Source of the DNA: Parcubacteria group bacterium
Lineage (GTDB): Bacteria; Patescibacteriota; Minisyncoccia; Moranbacterales; UBA2206
Reading direction: 5' to 3'
DNA: 64,000 bases
Assembly: GCA_041659505.1 (NCBI GenBank)
Contig: JBAZYF010000001.1
Span: 35,654-99,653 of the forward strand
Shown in pieces: positions 58,897 through 64,000 of the stretch. The first letter of the stretch is position 1. Every line of letters starts with the position of its first letter. Under the pieces are notes generated by a model. That model searched no databases. It saw only the letters and a list, made by a program, of their open reading frames with translations, and had not been told where the DNA came from. The position numbers were made by a program, and so were the translations under genes.

Positions 58897-60507
58897 TCAT
58901 AATTCTTCCCAAAGATCGATAGCATACTCTGTCCCAGTAGGAAAAAAGGGTGGTGGAAAATAGAGCAGATTATTGTCAAAATTCAAATTGCGCGTATCAT
59001 ACCCAGTTCCATCGGTCCAAGAAAATCCGTAGCGCTGATTGGTTGCAATCGAACCATTGACCGTAATTGTATTTCTGTGATCATCAGAGTTGTAATCATC
59101 GCAATGCTGCACATCATCAGACAGATCGTTTGGAGTGACAAGCGACCAATTCTTCCAAATTGAGCAAGTACTGCCCCACCAACTTATACAAGTATCGTAT
59201 TGCCATCGCTTACAAGTATAATATTCCCGGCCGACCTTTCCGCTTTGCGCCAAAAATGCACCATCTATTACTAAAGTATTTAGGCTATTTTTTACAATTT
59301 CTACATTATCTTGAGCAATGACCCCGATAATATCATTGCCGTTAAAATTCGTATACAATAGATTGTTGATACCCAAAAAAACGTTCGCCGGCAAACCGCT
59401 CCCAAGATTGGCCGCCACAATCGTTATCTTTTTATTATTGATCGTTCCTTCAAGCCAAATGTTATCTTCTACGAAAATTATCCCACTCGCCGGAATTGTG
59501 TAGGTGGTCGAGCTACTTTCTGTAGTTATAGTATTCAATCCCTGGTATAAAACTCGCCCTTTAGTATCATAAGTATTTTTATCATAATTCGTCACTCTCC
59601 TTACTGTCATAGTTCCATTGCTATTGAGCACGATATGTCTACCGTAATCGCTACTGTCGAAATAACAACCCGTTGCAGTACAATTATTATTAGTTGTTCC
59701 GCCTGGCTTCTTCGCCTCTGTCTTCATGAGACTCAAGTCGGAAATAACACCATTGAAGCTAACTTCCGCTACTGGAAATTGCCTGCCTGCCTCGAAAACA
59801 TCCGCTCTTACTGGTATTGGACTGACTGAACCGGCCTCGGTCGCAAGGCCACTACTACTCACGCCAGTTTGCGGAGGAACTCTCACGTGTGTATGCACCC
59901 CAAATTCAACTACTCCAGTATGGTCAGAATCATCAACAGTCGGCAAAAGGCTAGAAATTACATTATGCGCTATTCCATCAAAACGAATGCCTCCATTAGA
60001 ATGGATTTTTCCATAGACTTCCGTTCCTTCGCCAAAACGCATAAAATCATTGGCAAGCACGGCATATTCACTCCAGGATGGCCTCCTAAAACGCACCTTG
60101 ACAGTTCTCTTTATGCCAGGAGCTTTATTCGACCAACCAGTCGATTCAACATTAATGATTGTCGATCCTGTTACTGGTGGAGTGACGACAATTTGATACT
60201 CTCCAATTCCTGAATAGTCCACTGCTTCGGGAGAAAAACCCATCGGCCCTCCAGTTTGCAAAAATGTATTAATCTCTGCAGCCGTTTTCCCTGAGGTTTC
60301 ATGCGCAAGATACCAACGGTAATAATAGATGCCTGCTTCCGCAATCTGAAAAGCCTTTTCTTTTTCAACTCGATTAAGGCTAAATTTTAGCTGGGAGGAT
60401 ATGTAGCCCAAGATAGAAACCAAAATAATCATTACGCTTGACATAATCACAAGCGCATATGCCAATGCTGATCCAGAATTATTTTTTTGTTTTTTATTAT
60501 GTGCCAT
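58897..60507 (-). CDS. PilX-like minor pilin/adhesin
   Basis: GSAL.. hydrophobic N-terminus, AFQIAEAG. Confidence 0.8.
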   Translation of the reverse strand: MAHNKKQKNNSGSALAYALVIMSSVMIILVSILGYISSQLKFSLNRVEKEKAFQIAEAGIYYYRWYLAHETSGKTAAEINTFLQTGGPMGFSPEAVDYSGIGEYQIVVTPPVTGSTIINVESTGWSNKAPGIKRTVKVRFRRPSWSEYAVLANDFMRFGEGTEVYGKIHSNGGIRFDGIAHNVISSLLPTVDDSDHTGVVEFGVHTHVRVPPQTGVSSSGLATEAGSVSPIPVRADVFEAGRQFPVAEVSFNGVISDLSLMKTEAKKPGGTTNNNCTATGCYFDSSDYGRHIVLNSNGTMTVRRVTNYDKNTYDTKGRVLYQGLNTITTESSSTTYTIPASGIIFVEDNIWLEGTINNKKITIVAANLGSGLPANVFLGINNLLYTNFNGNDIIGVIAQDNVEIVKNSLNTLVIDGAFLAQSGKVGREYYTCKRWQYDTCISWWGSTCSIWKNWSLVTPNDLSDDVQHCDDYNSDDHRNTITVNGSIATNQRYGFSWTDGTGYDTRNLNFDNNLLYFPPPFFPTGTEYAIDLWEEL

Positions 60508-60554
60508 ATGTTTCCTGCCGACCTGTTAGTAAGTAGGCAGGCATTTTTCATGAT

Positions 60555-61238
60555 TTAATGGATCCGATCATAATCGTTCAAATTTCGCATTTCCACAAAT
60601 GTTTGCAGTTCGATATTATCTGGAGCCCGATTAGGATCAATATTTATCTTGAGATGGATTTTCATAAGCCGCACATCTGCCACATTAGCTGGAGTTACCA
60701 AAGGAACCTGCGTTGAGCCACCAGCATAATTCTTGTCATAATAGTAAAAAATGGGCTCTGCGCTAGTATTGACAATTCTTCTGGCAAGCGTAAGAATTTG
60801 CTGATCAGCGCTTGGATATGATTTGGGCATAGTTACTGTTGGATCAGTCACGCCCATTAAAATGTCCGTATTGCTTTTGTAAATGTGAATCCGCTCTGTT
60901 ACGCCATCACGATCATAGTCAGAATAAGCGACTAAATCATTATCGTCGGCGAAATAAATAGGATACGCACCATTATCCGACTGCCTAATACTCCGAAGAT
61001 AATTCACTATTGTATTCACTCCCTGAGAAACAGCCATCGAGGACTGCCCCATTTCTAGTGTATAGGAATTATTTTTCCAAGCATTGACGAAAAGCAAAGA
61101 GAATCCCTCAATTCCGATAGCAAAAATCGCAATAGCCACCAAAGTCTCCACTAGGGTTAAACCTTGCCTGCCAGCGGTCCTTCTGCCAGCATAATAAGCA
61201 AGCAGGCTTTTTTGTTTTTTTATCTTTTGATTCATCAT
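60555..61238 (-). CDS. Prepilin-type minor pilin
   Basis: GLTLVETLVAIAI. Confidence 0.88.
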   Translation of the reverse strand: MMNQKIKKQKSLLAYYAGRRTAGRQGLTLVETLVAIAIFAIGIEGFSLLFVNAWKNNSYTLEMGQSSMAVSQGVNTIVNYLRSIRQSDNGAYPIYFADDNDLVAYSDYDRDGVTERIHIYKSNTDILMGVTDPTVTMPKSYPSADQQILTLARRIVNTSAEPIFYYYDKNYAGGSTQVPLVTPANVADVRLMKIHLKINIDPNRAPDNIELQTFVEMRNLNDYDRIH

Positions 61239-62641
61239 AAAACTATCTCCACTTTCTTAAGACTGCCCGCAGTGACCACAACATCAGATTCGTTATCAGA
61301 AAAACCATCCGCCGTAATTTTCATGTGATATGTTTCTGGCAGAAACGGATCGCTCGAATCGGGAAAAAATACCTTCCCCTCACTGGTTGTTTCTAACTCC
61401 TTATCATAGCTCAATGCGCTATTGGTCAACTTTATCTTCGCTCCGACAATCGGGGCATCGCTAGCATCAAGCAGTATAACAAATAGAGCCGTAGAAGCCT
61501 TACTTGCCAATTTCACCTTAACGTCTAATGTTCCGTCGACTGATAATAAGGAGAAAGGGGCGATCGGATCAATATTCACTATTTCATAATCATCAAATGT
61601 TGAACCAGCTAAAGAAAAATTATACTCTCCGGGACTAACTGAATTAAAAAATTTTTGCCCGCTAGAATCGGTCGTACCATCCTCATCGAGGTTGTAGACT
61701 GGAGCAAATGGTTCGGCGATATCTGTGCCCAACGTTCTTCCTCCGGAAAGGTGAAAATTAGCATTATCAATCGGCGCGTCAAGGTAATCAACTACAGAAA
61801 TTCTAATATTGGCCAATTGATTTTGGACAATATTTTTCAAATTTACTGAACCAGATCCAGTTACTACTGAAGCATGAATGTCGATAGGATTGTAAAGACT
61901 ATCGGGATATGGCGGCATCGTTACGACCGTTTCATAACCAGCCTTGGTTACTGTTATTTGATATTTCTGGATCGAGTCTGTCACTGAACTTCCTATGAAT
62001 GTAGCATTTCCTGAGCCATCAGTATCAAGGCTAGTATTGATGCCTGTCTCAGGATTATATATATGCACATTAGAATCAGCAATTCCTCCGCCACCTGGCT
62101 GATCACTAAAAATATTCACTGAAAGAATGCCGTCTCCAATATGGGGAATCTCCAGCCCAGGCGGAACAAAACGCGATATGAGCTTAACCTCTTCTGTGTT
62201 CCCCGTATTGATCCAGGAAACAGTAATTGAAACTTTTTTATAATCCTCAAACCATACCGTATCGGAAGCTGCAACTCCATCATAAGGATCATCGACATAC
62301 ACTACCTCGGTGTGCACATGATAATGGCGAGTATTTTCAGAAATGTCTTGATCTTGCGGAATATTTCCACTTATCGTCCCTCCGACTGTGCCAATATTGT
62401 CATAAGCGAGATTATGTACAATTTCGAGCTTCTCATTAGCAATTGCTAATGCTCCAAGTCGATTTTTGGCATCTTGAATATAACGAAGACCTACCGCAAA
62501 AACCGAATAGAACGTAACCGTAATCAAAGAAAAGATAAAAAGCAAAGTTAGCGCTTCGATGAGCATAAAGGCACTATGCATTCCTGCTTTCTTTGGATGA
62601 CCTATTTCATTCTTCAGTTTTTCTTTTTGAACAAAATTCAT
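61235..62641 (-). CDS. Prepilin-type protein with carboxypeptidase-regulatory-like domains
   Basis: AFMLIEAL, A.EKLE, ITVTKAGYE. Confidence 0.8.
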   Translation of the reverse strand: MNFVQKEKLKNEIGHPKKAGMHSAFMLIEALTLLFIFSLITVTFYSVFAVGLRYIQDAKNRLGALAIANEKLEIVHNLAYDNIGTVGGTISGNIPQDQDISENTRHYHVHTEVVYVDDPYDGVAASDTVWFEDYKKVSITVSWINTGNTEEVKLISRFVPPGLEIPHIGDGILSVNIFSDQPGGGGIADSNVHIYNPETGINTSLDTDGSGNATFIGSSVTDSIQKYQITVTKAGYETVVTMPPYPDSLYNPIDIHASVVTGSGSVNLKNIVQNQLANIRISVVDYLDAPIDNANFHLSGGRTLGTDIAEPFAPVYNLDEDGTTDSSGQKFFNSVSPGEYNFSLAGSTFDDYEIVNIDPIAPFSLLSVDGTLDVKVKLASKASTALFVILLDASDAPIVGAKIKLTNSALSYDKELETTSEGKVFFPDSSDPFLPETYHMKITADGFSDNESDVVVTAGSLKKVEIVL

Positions 62642-62650
62642 TTTGCCTTC

Positions 62651-62752
62651 AATTTCTAATTTCTAAACAATTTCTAATTTATTAATGACTGAATTTTTAA
62701 ATTAAGTCATTTTTAAAATTGTTTGAAAATTGTAAATTGTAAATTGAAAATT
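62651..62752. repeat. AT-rich heptamer inverted-repeat element, copy 2
   Basis: Matches 17620-17739. Confidence 0.8.
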
Positions 62753-63972
62753 TATTTTATATTATCCATAAGACTATACATCGGCTGAAGCATCGAAATC
62801 GCAAAAAATCCCACTGCACCTCCAATAAAAATCATTAACACTGGCTCTATAATCGAGGACATATTTTTTGATATTTGATCAATTTCATCTTCATAAAATT
62901 CCGCTAATTTTAAAAGGACAGTTTCTGTTTTTCCCGTTTCCTCCCCGACTTGAGCCATCTGCGCCATCAGCACCGGAAAGACTTTGGTATTTTTCTGGAT
63001 AACCTTACTGAGACTAATTCCCTTTTGAACATCTTCAATCCCCGCCCTGGTGGCTTCTTTGTAATAATAATTGGTCAGGGTATTGGAAATTATAGTCAGT
63101 GCCTCCACTACAGGCACTCCGCTGCGTAAAAGCGAGCTGTATATTCTAGCAAACCTGGCGCAATTGATTTTTATCACCATATTACTGACGACTGGGATAT
63201 TTATCATAGCAAAGCCCAGTATTTTTTTACCAAATTCTGTCGTCAAAAGAAATCTCGCCACAATGATTAAAAAAACAAAGGATACGGCCACCATAACTGA
63301 GTGTGCTCTTAAAAAATTGCTCATACCGATGATAAATTGCGTCGAGGCTGGCAATTGTACATCCATATCCGCAAAAACACCCATCATTTTTGGTAAAATA
63401 TATGTTAGCATCAGAACGGCAATGCCAATCATTGCCACAACAATCACTGCTGGATAAGTCATTGCGCCCTTGATCTTGCTCATCAGATTATGTTCTTTTT
63501 CCAATTGAACAGATAATATTTCCAAGATTTCCTCCAAATTTCCGCTCGACTCGCCCACTCGGATCATATTAACAAATAGATCTCCAAAAATTGCCGGGTA
63601 GCGCGCCAACCCATCAGCAAAAGTCATCCCAGATTGTATATCGTCAAAAACACTATTCAATATTTTTCGAAATCCTTTGTTCCTCGTTTGCAAGGATATA
63701 TTTTGGACGGCTCTGGAAATCGGTAATCCTGAAGCAACCATCACGCTTAGATTACGAGTAAACATCAACTTATCCTTAAGAGAGATACTAAAAAAACGAT
63801 CCAATAATTTCACTTGAGCATCACTCTTCTCCTTTGTTTTTAACTCCTTAAAAGAAGTCAAAATAAAACCATCCGAACGGAGCTGTGCCGCTAGATCTCT
63901 TTCATTTTTCACCTCTAGTTCTCCCGCTTTCGTCTCGCCAGAATAACTTTTTGCGCTATAGAACACCTTCAT
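62752..63972 (-). CDS. pilC: Type IV pilus platform protein PilC
   Basis: GESSGNL, AMTYP, GEETG, IEP. Confidence 0.95.
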   Translation of the reverse strand: MKVFYSAKSYSGETKAGELEVKNERDLAAQLRSDGFILTSFKELKTKEKSDAQVKLLDRFFSISLKDKLMFTRNLSVMVASGLPISRAVQNISLQTRNKGFRKILNSVFDDIQSGMTFADGLARYPAIFGDLFVNMIRVGESSGNLEEILEILSVQLEKEHNLMSKIKGAMTYPAVIVVAMIGIAVLMLTYILPKMMGVFADMDVQLPASTQFIIGMSNFLRAHSVMVAVSFVFLIIVARFLLTTEFGKKILGFAMINIPVVSNMVIKINCARFARIYSSLLRSGVPVVEALTIISNTLTNYYYKEATRAGIEDVQKGISLSKVIQKNTKVFPVLMAQMAQVGEETGKTETVLLKLAEFYEDEIDQISKNMSSIIEPVLMIFIGGAVGFFAISMLQPMYSLMDNIK

Positions 63973-64000
63973 AGTCTTATTCTTTAGTGACCCGTAAAAC

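Overview
Low-GC bacterial chromosome segment, inferred to be Patescibacteria/CPR (Parcubacteria-like). The inference rests on the truncated AtpH, alpha2-type GlyRS, SD-less core genes and CPR-style type IV pilus cluster. Main content: a six-gene Ehr (hydrogenase-related) complex that has lost its NiFe ligands and most Fe-S ligands, directly downstream of a full F1Fo ATP synthase operon; translation and tRNA-modification genes (metG, glyS, rsmI, tgt, tsaD, U32); peptidases; four NUDIX hydrolases; two DedA/glycosyltransferase clusters; recG; nine tRNAs; and a pil cluster. The non-coding sequence is the most interesting part. (1) Two antisense mini-cassettes sit inside the atp operon and share a near-identical promoter block and a covarying structured 3' element but carry unrelated small ORFs. 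(2) A CYTRTTTAGGC motif lies 27 nt upstream of the -35 box in three promoters. (3) A glycine T-box with an ultrashort stem I lies upstream of glyS. (4) tRNA-Ser-anchored palindromic repeat arrays flank a small GIY-YIG nuclease. (5) Decayed 5' tRNA copies are invaded by palindromes. (6) There is a tRNA-Arg(GCG). (7) At least six REP/MITE-like families are present, several inserted in frame into essential genes or supplying their stop codons. All calls were made by eye; no searches were run.
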